Part shown: one piece after another, positions 32,742 to 42,714 of the stretch
How the letters are laid out: the number at the start of each line of letters is the position of its first letter
Numbering within the stretch: position 1 is the first letter of the stretch
Source of the DNA: an uncultured Chloroflexia bacterium
Lineage (GTDB): Bacteria > Chloroflexota > Limnocylindria > Limnocylindrales > CSP1-4
NCBI GenBank assembly: GCA_963824735.1
Contig: CAWGQH010000012.1
Coordinates: forward strand, 68,992 to 132,991
Direction of reading: 5' to 3'
Length of the DNA: 64,000 nucleotides
Translations under genes and position numbers: made by a program
Notes under the pieces: generated by a model
Databases searched by the model: none
Seen by the model: only the letters and a program-made list of their open reading frames with translations
Told to the model about the DNA's origin: nothing

Positions 32742-33912
32742 TCATCGGCCGCCGCGATCCGCCGGCTTCGGGCCGACCACGTGCACTTCCAGGTCCGGCA
32801 GGCGCTCGATCAATTGCTCCGGCAGCGTTCGCTGCCGGAGACGCTGGACCGCTGAGCTCTCCTGCAACGGGAGGACGACGTGCGTTGCTCGGCGGGATCG
32901 GGCCACGCTCTCGACTCCGCTGCTGATGTCGGCGGCTTCGACGTGGACGACTTCGGCACCGAGGTCGACGGCATCGTCGATCGTCTCCTGGAGGTCGCGC
33001 GCGCGGTCGAACGATTGTGCTCGGCATTCGGGGTGTCGACGACGACCGCGATCAGCGCGCCGTGCAGCGCGGATGCCAGGTGCGCCGCCCGGCGCACCGC
33101 GCGCCGCGACGCGTTGCTGCCGTCGACCAGCACGACGACGCGCTCGGTGACCAGGGCGAGTCGCGGCCCAGCCGCGGTGGACTCCAGCTGGCCTTCGACC
33201 CGCTGCGCGACGAGGCGGAGCGCGAGCTCGCGGAGCGCCGTGAGGTTCCCTTCGGTGAAGAACTTGTCGAGCGCGACGGCCGTGCGTTCGGGTGGGTAGA
33301 CGTTGCCGTGCTTCATCCGCTGCCGGAGCGCGTGCGGGCTCATGTCGACGAGCTCGATCTCGTCGGCGCCCTGCAGCACGTCGTCGGGCAGGCGCTCGTT
33401 GACCGGCGCGCCCGTGATCGTCGCGACGGCGTCCGCGACGCTCTCGAGGTGCTGGACGTTCATCGTGCTGACGACGTGGATGCCGGCGTCGCGGATGACC
33501 TCGACGTCCTCCCAGCGCTTGGCACGCGTCGAGCCCGGGACGTTCGTGTGCGCCAGCTCGTCGATCAGGGCGACCGTCGGGATGCCGGGCGATCACGGCG
33601 TCGGTGTCCATCTCCTCGACGACGACGCCGCGGTACTCGATCCGGCGGCGCGGCACGATCTCGAGGCCGTCGAGCAGCTCCGCGGTGTGCGGCCGGCCGT
33701 GGGCCTCGACGAAGCCGACGACGAGGTCGGTGCCGCGAGCCGATGCGCCGGTGGCCCTCCTCGAGCATCTGGTAGGTCTTGCCGACGCCGGGCGCCATGC
33801 CGAGGTAGACGCGCAGCCGCCCGCGCTCGCTCGGGGTCTCGGCCCGAACGCGGGCGAGCATCTCGTCCGCCGTGGGGCGGACGTCGAATGCGTCGCGCTC
33901 GGGATCGGTCAT
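32742..33912 (-). pseudogene. kdpD: Stand-alone KdpD N-terminal sensor module (KdpD-N plus USP domain, no kinase), 3 frameshifts
   Basis: MTDPERDAFDVRPTADEMLARVRAETPSERGRLRVYLGMAPGVGKTYQMLEEG / ARGTDLVVGFVEAHGRPHTAELL..VVVEEMDTDAVIARHP / TVALIDELAHTNVPGSTRAKRWEDVEVIRDAGIHVVSTMNVQHLES..VVVLVDGS.. / SFDRARDLQETIDDAVDLGAEVVHVEA... Junctions lie near 33750, 33585 and 33013. The ATG overlaps the kdpC stop as ATGA. Confidence 0.8.
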
Positions 33913-34509
33913 TGCAGGAGCCCGTCCAGGTCGAGGTTCAGCCAGCAGGACGTTGACCCGCGGCTTGCCGAGGAACCCAGGAGCGGCTGTTCGGTGTGGC
34001 GTCGCGACGGCCGCGCGGACCGTCGTCCTCCGAGATCCCGCGCGCCTCGCGACCCGGGCGACCTGGTACTCGGCCGCCGCCGGGCTGATGTGCGGGTCGA
34101 GCCCGGACGCGGACGTCGTCACGAGGTCGACCGGGATCGGTGCATCGCCGTTGCTCGGCGCGGAGCGCGCTCGACGTCGGCTGCGATCCGGTCGATCAGC
34201 GTCCTGGCTGGTCGGGCCAAGGTTGGAGCCGGCCGAGCTCATGCCGTCGTAGCCAACGGGTTCTCGTCGGTCGCACCGGCGGCCGACGGCCGGCCCCAGA
34301 AGTACCGGGCTCGCTGAACGCCTGGCCGATGAGGCTCGAGCCGATCGTCCGGCCGTCGGCGTCACGACGAGCGAGCCGTTGGCCTGGGCCGGGAACGCGA
34401 CCTGGGCGACGCGGTGACGACGACCGGGTAGACGACGCCGGTGACGAGGGTCAGCGCGAGCAGCAGGGCGATGCCGGGCCAGAGCGCGATGACGAAGGAA
34501 GGTGGTCAT
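33909..34509 (-). pseudogene. kdpC: K+-transporting ATPase subunit KdpC, about 10 frameshifts in 601 nt
   Basis: The segments MTTF / [29 protein letters not shown] / VAQVAFPAQANGSLVV / DGRTIGSSLIGQAFSEPG / YFWGRPSAAGATDENP / GYDGMSSAGSNLGPTSQ / TLIDRIAADVERA / GDAPIPVDLVTTSASGLDPHISPAAAEYQVARVA / EARGISEDD / VRAAVATPHRTAAPGFLGKPRVNVLL / LNLDLDGLLQ alternate between the three frames. Confidence 0.8.
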
Positions 34510-34518
34510 CGGTGTGTC

Positions 34519-36710
34519 CTATGCGAGGTTGAGGGCGGTGACGACGAGGTCGATCAGCCTTGATCCCGATGAACGGGGCGATGATCCCGCCGAGGCCGTA
34601 GATGAGCAGGTTGCGCCGCAGCAGCACGCTGGCCGGCGCCGGCCGGAAGCCGACGCCCCGCAGGGCCAGCGGGATCAGCGCGACGATGATCAGCGCGTTG
34701 AAGATCACCGCCGACAGGATCGCGCTCTGCGGCGTCGCCGAGGCCCATGACGTTGAGCGCGTTCAGCTCCGGGTAGACGGCGACGAACATCGCCGGCAGG
34801 ATCGCGAAGTACTTGGCCACGTCGTTGGCGATCGAGAACGTCGTGATCGAGCCGCGCGTGATGAGCAGCTGCTTGCCGATCGCGATGACCTCGAGCAGCT
34901 TCGTCGGGTCGGAGTCGAGGTCGACCATGTTGGCCGCCTCCTTGGCCGCCGAGGTCCCGCTGTTCATCGCCAGGCCGACGTCCGCCTGGGCGAGCGCCGG
35001 CGCGTCGTTCGTGCCGTCGCCGGTCATCGCCACGAGGTGGCCCTCGGCCTGCTGCGCGCGGATGAAGGCGATCTTGTCCTCGGGCTTGGCCTCGGCGACG
35101 AAGTCGTCGACGCCGGCCTCGCGGGCGATCGTCGCCGCGGTGCGCGGGTTGTCGCCGGTGATCATCACGGTCCGGATGCCCATCCGGCGGAACTCGGCGA
35201 AGCGCTCGACGAGGCCCGCCTTGACCGTGTCCTTGAGCTCGATCACGCCGAGGACCCGGCCGTCCGTCGCGGATCGCCAGCGGCGTGGCGCCGCGGTCGG
35301 CGATCGCGTCGGTCTCGGCGAGGAGCTCGGGCGGCATCGCGCCGTCGAGGTCCGCCGCGATGGCGTCGACGGCGCCCTTGAGGATCGAGCGTCGCCGTCG
35401 GTCGTGCGGACGCCGCTCGTGCGCGTCTCGGCCGGAACGGGATCTCCTCGGCGATCCGGCTCGCCGAGCTGCTCGAAGCCGGCGTCGTCGGCCGTCCCGC
35501 CCGGGCCGCCCGAGCTCCGCGAGCCGCTCGCGGGCGAGCTCGACGATCGAGCGACCCTCGGGCGTCTCGTCGCGGATCGAGGCGACGAGCGCCGCGCTGC
35601 AGCGACCTCGGCCTCGGCGACGCCCGGCGCCGGCGACGATCGACGACGCGAGCCGGTTGCCGTAGGTGATCGTGCCGGTCTTGTCGAGCAGGATGACGTC
35701 GACGTCGCCCGATGCCTCGACGGCGCGGCCGCTCATCGCCAGCACGTTGAACCGCGCGACGCGGTCCATGCCGGCGATGCCGATCGCCGAGAGGAGGCCG
35801 CCGATCGTCGTCGGGATGAGGCACACCAGCAGCGCCACGAGGGCGACGGTCGCGACGGTCGCGCCGGCGTAGGCGCCGAACGGCCGCAGCGTCACGGTCG
35901 CCAGCAGGAAGATGATCGTCAGCCCGGCGAGCAGGATCGAGAGCGCGATCTCGTTCGGCGTGCGCTGGCGCTGGGCGCCCTCGACGAGCGCGATCATCCG
36001 GTCGAGGAACGTCTCGCCCGGGTCGGTCGTGACGCGGATGACCAGCCGGTCGCTGACGAGCGTCGTGCCGCCGGTGACCGAGCTCCGGATGTCCGTGCCC
36101 GGCTCCTTGAGGACCGGCGCGGACTCGCCGGTGATGGCGGCCTCGTTGACGTAGGCGACGCCCTCGATGACGTCGCCGTCGCCGGGGATCGTCTCGCCCT
36201 CTCGGACGACGATGATGTCGCCCTTGCGCAGCTCGGACGACCCGACGTCCTCGAGCGTGCCGTCCGGCGCGGCGCCGGTGGGCGGTCGTCTCCGAGCGCG
36301 TCTTGCGCAGCGTCGCCGCCTGGGCCCGGCCGCGCGCCTCGGCGACGGCCTCGGCGTAGGTCGCGAACAGGACCGTGAACCAGAGCCAGATGGCGATCTG
36401 GACCTGGAAGCCCAGGCCGCCGCCTTCCTGCGTCGGCTGTCGAGACCCGTCGCGTTGCCGAGCGCGATGATCGTCACGAGCGACGGCCGTGATCTCGACG
36501 ACGAACATGACCGGGTTCCTGATGAGCAGCCGCGGATCGAGCTTGCGGAACGCCTGCGGGAGCGCCGCCCGGAGCAGCTCGGGATCGAGGACGCCGCGCG
36601 AGCCGCGGCGGCTCGCCCTCGGGCTTCGCGCCGCCGAGGGTCACGAAGCGCTGGAAGCGGCGCGTGCCGCGGCCGAGGTCGACGGACATGAGGGTTCGTG
36701 CGAGGGACAT
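34519..36710 (-). pseudogene. kdpB: K+-transporting P-type ATPase subunit KdpB, about 13 frameshifts
   Basis: P-type ATPase motifs [27 protein letters not shown] and [18 protein letters not shown]; N-terminal [23 protein letters not shown]; terminal [12 protein letters not shown]. The only long clean block is about 36270-35640. Length is 3n+2. Confidence 0.9.
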
Positions 36711-36713
36711 GGA

Positions 36714-38428
36714 TCAGGCCGCCTTTCCGGCGTTCTGGATGAGCTGCTCGACGATCGGCCGAGGGCCAGCGCCGGGAAGAAGGTGAGCGCGCCGACGATG
36801 ACGACGACGCCGATCAGGAGGACGGTCCACAGAGCGCCCGGTCGTCGGGAACGTCCCGAGCGACGGCGCGACGCTGCGCTTGGCCGCCATGGATCCGGCG
36901 ATGGCAAGGATCGGGATGATCATCCCGTAGCGGCCGATGAGCATCGCGAGGCCGCCGGTGACGTTGTAGAACGGCGTGTTGCCGGTGAGCCCGGCGAACG
37001 CCGAGCCGTTGTTGCCGGTCTGGCTCGAGAACGCGTAGAGGATCTCGCTGAAGCCGTGCGGCCCGGCGTTGAGCGGGCCGGCGGTGCCCTCGGGCAGGAC
37101 GCTCGCGAGCGCGGTGAAGCCGAGGATGCTGGCGCCCAGGACGAGGGCGACGAGCATCGCCATCTTGATCTCGAACGCCTCGACCTTCTTGCCGAGGTAC
37201 TCGGGCGTGCGCCCGACCATCTGCCCGGCGATGAAGACCGCGAGGATGGCGCCGATCACGAGCATGCCGTACATGCCCGCCCCGATGCCGCCCGGGCGTG
37301 ATCTCGCCCAGCTCCATGTTGAACAGCGGGACGAGGCCCGCGATCGGCTGGGCGCTGTCGTGCCAGGAGTTGATGGCGCCGGTGCTCGTGCCGGTCGTGA
37401 CCGCCATGAACAGCCCGCCGGCGGCGGCGCCGAACCGCGTCTCCTTGCCCTCCATGTTCCCGAAGCCGGCCTGTCGACCCCGTCCGGGAACAGCGGGTTG
37501 CCGACGTACTCGTGGTTCATCGCGATGACCGCGCCGATGGCGAGGATCAGCGCCATCGCGGCGAAGATGGTCCAGCCCTGGCGCTGGTTCCCGGCGTAGC
37601 GGCCGAAGGCGTAGGTCAGCGAGAACGGGCAGCATCAGGATCGCGAACATCTCGAGCCAGTTCGTGAGCGGTGTCGGGTTCTCGAACGGGTGGGCGGAGT
37701 TGGCGTTCAGGAAGCCGCCGCCGTTGTTGCCCAGCTCCTTGATCCATTCCTGCGAGGCGATCGGGCCATAGGCGATGGTCTGCTGCGCGCCCTCGAGCGT
37801 CGTGATGGTCTGCGGGCCGTTCCACGTCTGCGGGACGCCCTGCCAGACGAGGACGAGCGCGCCGACGACGGAGATCGGCAGGAGGATGTACAGGACGCCG
37901 CGGGTCAGGTCGACCCAGTAGTTGCCGATCGTCTTCGAGCTGCGCCGCGTCAGGCCGCGGAACAGGGCGATCGCGATCGCCAGGCCCGTCGCGGCGGACG
38001 TGAAGTTGCGCACGGCGAGCATGCCGGCCTGGATGAGGTGGCTCGCGCCGGTCTCGCCCGAGTAGTTCTGCCAGTTCGTGTTGGTCTCGAAGCTGACCGA
38101 CGTGTTGAACGCGAGCTCGGGCGTCTGCGCGGCGACGCGCCGGGATTGAGCGGCAGGACGTCCTGGAGGCGGAGCATCACGTAGCCGGCGACGATGGCGA
38201 CGAAGGCCATGACGAGCACGCTGACGGCGTAGCCCTTCCAGCGACTGCTCGCTCGTCTCGTCGACGCCGCATGACGCGGTAGATGACGCGCTCGACCGGG
38301 CGGAGGAGCGGGCTCAGGAGCGTGCGCTCGCCCTCCATCACGCGATGGATGTAGCGCCCCAGGAACGGCGTGACGAGCAGGACGGCGATGGCGAGCGTCG
38401 CCAGCGTCAGGAAATCACCGAGTGCCAT
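36714..38428 (-). pseudogene. kdpA: K+-transporting ATPase subunit KdpA, about 8 frameshifts
   Basis: MALGDFLTLATLAIAVLLVTPFLGRYIHRVMEG.., LAFNTSVSFETNTNWQNYSGETGASHL, IKELGNNGGGFLNANSAHPFENPTP, GFGNMEGKETRFG, GTPEYLGKKVE. Junctions lie near 38262, 38232, 38143, 37628, 37478, 37297, 36845 and 36765. Length is 3n+2. Confidence 0.9.
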
Positions 38429-38432
38429 CGGA

Positions 38433-38514
38433 TCAGAAGTCCTCGGGCCGGAGCAGGGCCCATGTCAGGTAGACGAATGCGAAGAGCGGCCGCGAGCGCG
38501 GCGAGGATGTCCAT
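38433..38514 (-). pseudogene. kdpF: K+-transporting ATPase subunit KdpF (26 aa), one extra base
   Basis: MDILAALAAAL then AFVYLTWALLRPEDF (the KdpF-type YL..ALLRPE.F ending), 4 nt upstream of the kdpA ATG. The length of 82 nt is 3n+1. Confidence 0.55.
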
Positions 38515-38520
38515 GCACGT

Positions 38521-38611
38521 TCATGCCCGCAGCCGGTCGCACAACTCGAGGTAGCCCCAGAACAGCCGCGGCGGCGGCCACGACGATCAGGAGGATCTGC
38601 AGGTCGTTCAT
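38521..38611 (-). pseudogene. Possible 29-aa hydrophobic micro-ORF ahead of kdpF, one extra base
   Basis: MNDLQILLIVVAAAAAVLG then YLELCDRLRA. The ATG overlaps the receiver gene stop as ATGA. The length of 91 nt is 3n+1. Confidence 0.3.
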
Positions 38612-38997
38612 CGGTTCTCCAGTTCTCCCTCCGGTGCAACGAAGCGTTCGACCGTGGCGACGAGGGTTTCCAGCGGGAACGGCTTGGGCAGGTACCCGGC
38701 GACGCGGTATTCGACGAGTCGCTTCGGGCTGACGGTGGTGGCGCTCGTCAGGACGACAGGTGGTGAGCCGCCGGCGGCAAGGGCCGGGCCCCGGATGAGG
38801 TCCCAGCCGGTGTCGCCGGGCAGGTTCAGGTCGAGCAGGACGAGCTTCGGGCGGAGGCCGCGTTCGAGGGCCGCCGCGGCGTCCTCCGCCGAGCCCACGT
38901 CCACGACGACGAAGCCGTGGCCGCGCAGATGACGCGCGACGATGCGGCGGAGGCTCTCGTCGTCCTCGACGAGGAGCACGTCGGCGGCGTCGCTCAT
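38608..38997 (-). CDS. Single-domain response regulator (CheY-like receiver only)
   Basis: MSDAADVLLVEDDESLRRIVARHL..KLVLLDLNLPGDTGWDL..VVLTSAT..GYLPKPF has the acidic pocket, phospho-Asp, Thr and Lys positions. Intact, 129 aa. Confidence 0.8.
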   Translation of the reverse strand: MSDAADVLLVEDDESLRRIVARHLRGHGFVVVDVGSAEDAAAALERGLRPKLVLLDLNLPGDTGWDLIRGPALAAGGSPPVVLTSATTVSPKRLVEYRVAGYLPKPFPLETLVATVERFVAPEGELENR

Positions 38998-39249
38998 TCG
39001 GGCAGCCGCTCCACCGCGATCTGGACGCCCTCTTCGTCGGCGCCCCAGCGGGCACCAGCCGGACGCCGGCCGTCGTCGGCCATGCGCTGCGCGGATGGCA
39101 GCAGCTGGTCGCCGAGGCGTCAGCCCGGCCACGACGACACGGGGCGCGCCGCCGGTCGCCACGAGGGCGATGGCATCGCGGATCAGCCCCATCTCGCGTT
39201 CGAGCGCGGCGGGGACCGCATCCTCGGGTCCGTTCGTGACCTGTCTCAT
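38994..39249 (-). pseudogene. Hypothetical ~84-aa protein coupled to the orphan receiver, one frameshift near 39125
   Basis: MRQVTNGPEDAVPAALEREMGLIRDAIALVATGGAPRVVVAGLT then LGDQLLPSAQRMADDGRRPAGARWGADEEGVQIAVERLPE. The stop overlaps the receiver ATG as ATGA. Length is 3n+1. Confidence 0.35.
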
Positions 39250-39316
39250 GACCTCAGCCTGCCAAGGGCCTCCAAGAGGCAGCAGGGCCGCGAGGGTCCG
39301 GGGGTCTAAAGCCGGT

Positions 39317-40060
39317 CTAAGGTTCGACCTCGCCGGGGTGCTCGGAGGCGTCGGCGACCCGGTACCCGACCCCCGGTTCGGTGACGATCAGGTCGCGCAG
39401 CGCCGGATCGGCCGCTGCGAGCTTCCGGCGCAGCTGACCGACGTGGACGTAGACGTAGCTGTTCTCGGCCTGGTACGACTCGCCCCAGACGGCGCGGAGG
39501 AGGCGGCCCTTCGTCACGAGTCGGCCGGCGTTGGTGAGGAGCACGCGGAGGATCTCGAACTCGCGCGGCGTGAGCTCAACCCGCTCGCCGCCGACGAGCG
39601 CGAGGTGGGCAGGGATGTCGAGCGTCAGCGACCCGACGTGGATGACCCCCGACCCGTCGGCAGCCGGGCCTGCCGCATGACGCAGCGCCACCCTGAGCCG
39701 GGCGTTGAGCTCGTCGATGCCGAATGGCTTGGTCACGTAGTCGTCGGCGCCCCGTTCGAGCGCCTCGACCTTCTCGCGCTCCTCGTAGCGGCCGGACAGG
39801 ATCACGATCGGCGTCGTGGCCTCCCTGCGGATCCGGTTGATCACGCGCAGGCCGTCGATGTCGGGCAGCCCGAGGTCGAGCAGGACGACGTCCGGCCGGT
39901 GCCGCTCCCAGTGGTCGAGCGCCGAGCGGCCGTCGGCCGCCTGCGCCACCCGATAGCCGCGCGCCCCGAGCTCGCGGGCGATCACGCGGCGGGTCTCGTC
40001 GTCGTCCTCCACGACCAGGACGGTCGGGCTGCCGGCCGGAGCCGGTCGACCGCGGCTCAC
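39317..40060 (-). CDS. kdpE: OmpR-family response regulator KdpE
   Basis: A GTG at 40060 gives VSRGRPAPAGSPTVLVVEDDDETRRVIAREL..VVLLDLGLPDIDG..DDYVTKPF.. plus a winged-helix region LTPREFEILRVLLTNAGRLVTKGRLLRAVWG..YVHVGQLRRKL..EPGVGYR. The length is a multiple of 3. Confidence 0.85.
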   Translation of the reverse strand: MSRGRPAPAGSPTVLVVEDDDETRRVIARELGARGYRVAQAADGRSALDHWERHRPDVVLLDLGLPDIDGLRVINRIRREATTPIVILSGRYEEREKVEALERGADDYVTKPFGIDELNARLRVALRHAAGPAADGSGVIHVGSLTLDIPAHLALVGGERVELTPREFEILRVLLTNAGRLVTKGRLLRAVWGESYQAENSYVYVHVGQLRRKLAAADPALRDLIVTEPGVGYRVADASEHPGEVEP

Positions 40061-41618
40061 GCGCCGGCCTCGGCCGTGACCGGCAGTGGGCATGCGCGCC
40101 GCCGGAAGGTCGAGATCGATGGCCAGGCCGCCCAGCTCGCTGCGGCGGGCGGAGACGCGGCCGCCCATCGCCTCCACGAGTCCTTGCACGACTGCGAGAC
40201 CGATCCCGGTCCCCGAGCGCGAATGCCGCTGGCCGCCGGGCACCCGATAGAACTTCTGGAACAGCCGCGGGAGGGCGGCATCGGGCACGCCCTCGCCGGA
40301 ATCCTCGATCGTCAGCCGGACGACGTCGCCATCGACCTCACGCGCCGAGACCCGCAGCGCCGTGCCGTCCGCGGTGTACTTGAGCGCGTTCTCGAGGATG
40401 TTCGTGACCGCCTCATCGAGGAACACCGGGTCGACCTCCACTGGGGGCGCCTCGAGGAAGACCTCGAGCGGGCGCCCGGCAAGTCGTGGCCGCAGCCGGT
40501 CGACCGTCCGGCCCACGAGGTCGTCCAGCTCGAAGGTGTCCCGCTCGGCGCGCAGCGCTCCGGCCTCGATCCGCGACAGGTCGAGCAGGTTGGTGACGAG
40601 CCGGTTGAGATACTCGACCTCCCGGTCGATCGCATCGACGGTCTCCTCCTGCTCGTCCGGGTTGAGCACGCCGTGCGGGCGAAGCGAGCCTGCCGCGGCC
40701 CGGATGGTCGCGAGCGGGGTGCGCAGGTCGTGCGACACGGACTGGAGCAGGGCGGACTTGAGCTCGTCGCTCTGCCGCGCGATCTCCGCCGCCTGTGCTT
40801 CGGCCGCGAGCCGGTCCTGGCGCAGCGCCTGGCCGATCTGGTCGGCGGCCGCCGCCAGGAGGCGCGTGTCGCTCCGCCGCGGCGGACCCTGCTGCTTCGA
40901 GCGGGCCGCCCAGATCGAACCGAACGGCTCCGATCCGGCCTCGATGCGGACGCGATACACCTCGAAGCCACCGACGCCACGCGCCTTGGGCTTGGCCGGA
41001 ACGTGGACGCGCGCCCACTTGGCCGGGATGTCCCCGGGCATCCGCTGGAGCACGTGGTGGAGGCCGATGTCCGGTCGCGGGGCGTCCCCGGCGGTGTCGG
41101 CCGCCGAGGCGCTCGCGGGCATCCACGCCGAGGCTGATCCACACCCGATCCATCGCGGCCTCGCGGGCGAGGATGCCCGCGATGACCGGGAGCACGGCCG
41201 GCGTTGAGGCGCGCGTCGCCAGCTCGCGACTCACCTGGAACTGTGCGAGTGCTTCGCGCTCGCGCGCCAGCGCGTCCTCGGCGCGGGCCCGCTGGCGCGC
41301 GGCGAGCTGACCGACGACGAACCCGACGAAGAGGAGCAGGAACAGGTTGGTGAGCTCGGCGAGATTCGCGACCGTGAACGTGTAGCGCGGCTCGACGAAG
41401 AGGAAGTTGTAGAGCAGGAACGCGGCCAGGGATGCGGCTGCCGCGCCCCAGGTGCCGGATACGACCGCGGTCGCGACGACGGCGACCAGGTAGATCGCCG
41501 ACGGGTTCGGGACGTCGAGCACGTCCTCGAGCACGGCAACGGCGACGGTCGCCAGTGCCAGCGATGGCACGGCCACCGCAAGGAAGCGCACAACGGCGCC
41601 ACGTTCGATCCCGCGCAT
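40057..41618 (-). pseudogene. kdpD: KdpD C-terminal module (4-TM domain, GAF-like domain, histidine kinase), two frameshifts near 41120 and 40095
   Basis: It starts directly at the membrane domain (AVVRFLAVAVPSLALATVAVAVL..FLLYNFLFVEPRYTFTV..). H-box LLQSVSHDLRTPLATI, N/G boxes ENALKYT and GTGIGLAVVQGLVEAMGG. The inferred end PLPVTAEAGA-TGA overlaps the kdpE GTG as GTGA. Length is 3n+2. Confidence 0.8.
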
Positions 41619-41661
41619 GCCGCAGATCGTAGGGCTTCGGGAGCGCGGCCCCGGGCCTGCC

Positions 41662-42663
41662 TCAGCCCGTGGGCGGGATCGGCGCCACCAGGTATTCCCG
41701 GTAGCGCTCGGGATCGACGTTCCCGCCGCTCACGAGGGCCACCACCGAGCCGTCGATCCCGGTCAGCCCCGCCTCGGCGGCACGGAACGTCGCCGCCGCC
41801 ACGGCCAGCGCTCCGGTCGGCTCGACGACGAGCCGAGCCCGCTCGGCCAGCAGCCGCACGGCCGCGGCGATCTCGGCTTCGTCGACCGTGACGATGTCGT
41901 CGACGAGCCGCTGGATGTGGGCGAAGGTCCGCGGCGCGAGGTTCGTGCGGGCTCCGTCGGCGATCGTGCGACGGCTCTGTTCGCGCGGCCACGCGACGAG
42001 CTCCCCGCCACGGAACGACTCCTGGGCGTCGGCCGCCAGCGCGGGTTCGACGCCGACGATCCGCGCGCCCGGGTGCAGCGCCCGGACCGCGGTCGCCATC
42101 CCGCTGATGAGCCCGCCACCGCCGACCGGCACCAGCAGCGCGCCCAGGTCGTCCACCGCCTCCGCGATCTCCAGGCCGGCCGTGCCCTGGCCCGCGATCA
42201 CGTCGTCGTTGTCGTACGAGTGGATGAACGGGATGCCGTGCGTTTCCCCGTACGCGCGCGCCGCCTCCTGGTTGGTCACGGGTCCGAGCGGGTCGACCGT
42301 GATCACCTCCGCGCCGTCGGCGCGGACCCGCTCGAGCTTCACCGCCGTTGCATCGGCCGGCATGAACACCGTGGCCGGGACCCCGAGCAGGCGCGCAGCG
42401 CGAGCCACGCCCTGGCCGTGGTTGCCGCTCGACGACGCGACGACGCCCCGACGCCGCTCCGTCGCATCCAGCCGTGCGATGGCGTTGAAGGCGCCCCGGA
42501 TCTTGAACGCGCCGATCGGCTGGAGCGACTCGGCCTTGAGCAGGATCGACCGGCCGTCGGGCGTCGTGAACGGGACGAGCGGCGTGACGAGCGCCACGCC
42601 GCGGAGGCGCTCCGCTGCCGCGCGAACGTCGTCGATGGTGACCGGGCGGTCCATGGTGCTCAT
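41662..42663 (-). CDS. PLP-dependent threonine/serine dehydratase (catabolic IlvA/TdcB-like, no ACT domain)
   Basis: LQPIGAFKIRGAFN (PLP Lys), SSGNHGQGVA, VPVGGGGLISG. Intact, 333 aa. Confidence 0.85.
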   Translation of the reverse strand: MSTMDRPVTIDDVRAAAERLRGVALVTPLVPFTTPDGRSILLKAESLQPIGAFKIRGAFNAIARLDATERRRGVVASSSGNHGQGVARAARLLGVPATVFMPADATAVKLERVRADGAEVITVDPLGPVTNQEAARAYGETHGIPFIHSYDNDDVIAGQGTAGLEIAEAVDDLGALLVPVGGGGLISGMATAVRALHPGARIVGVEPALAADAQESFRGGELVAWPREQSRRTIADGARTNLAPRTFAHIQRLVDDIVTVDEAEIAAAVRLLAERARLVVEPTGALAVAAATFRAAEAGLTGIDGSVVALVSGGNVDPERYREYLVAPIPPTG

Positions 42664-42714
42664 GCACCCCCGAGCCTACGCAACTCGGGCGTCGATGCGT
42701 CAACCTGTTCGCAG

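Noticed and set aside
39317-41122. A 601-aa ORF that looks like a histidine kinase fused to a response regulator (a hybrid KdpD-KdpE).
   Set aside because: Just before the receiver, the neighbouring frame reads ..PLPVTAEAGA-TGA, and that TGA overlaps a GTG (40060) as GTGA. This is the standard kdpD/kdpE junction. The distance from the kinase start to that TGA is 3n+2, as expected from two one-base gains. The fusion is therefore most likely produced by an indel near 40095.
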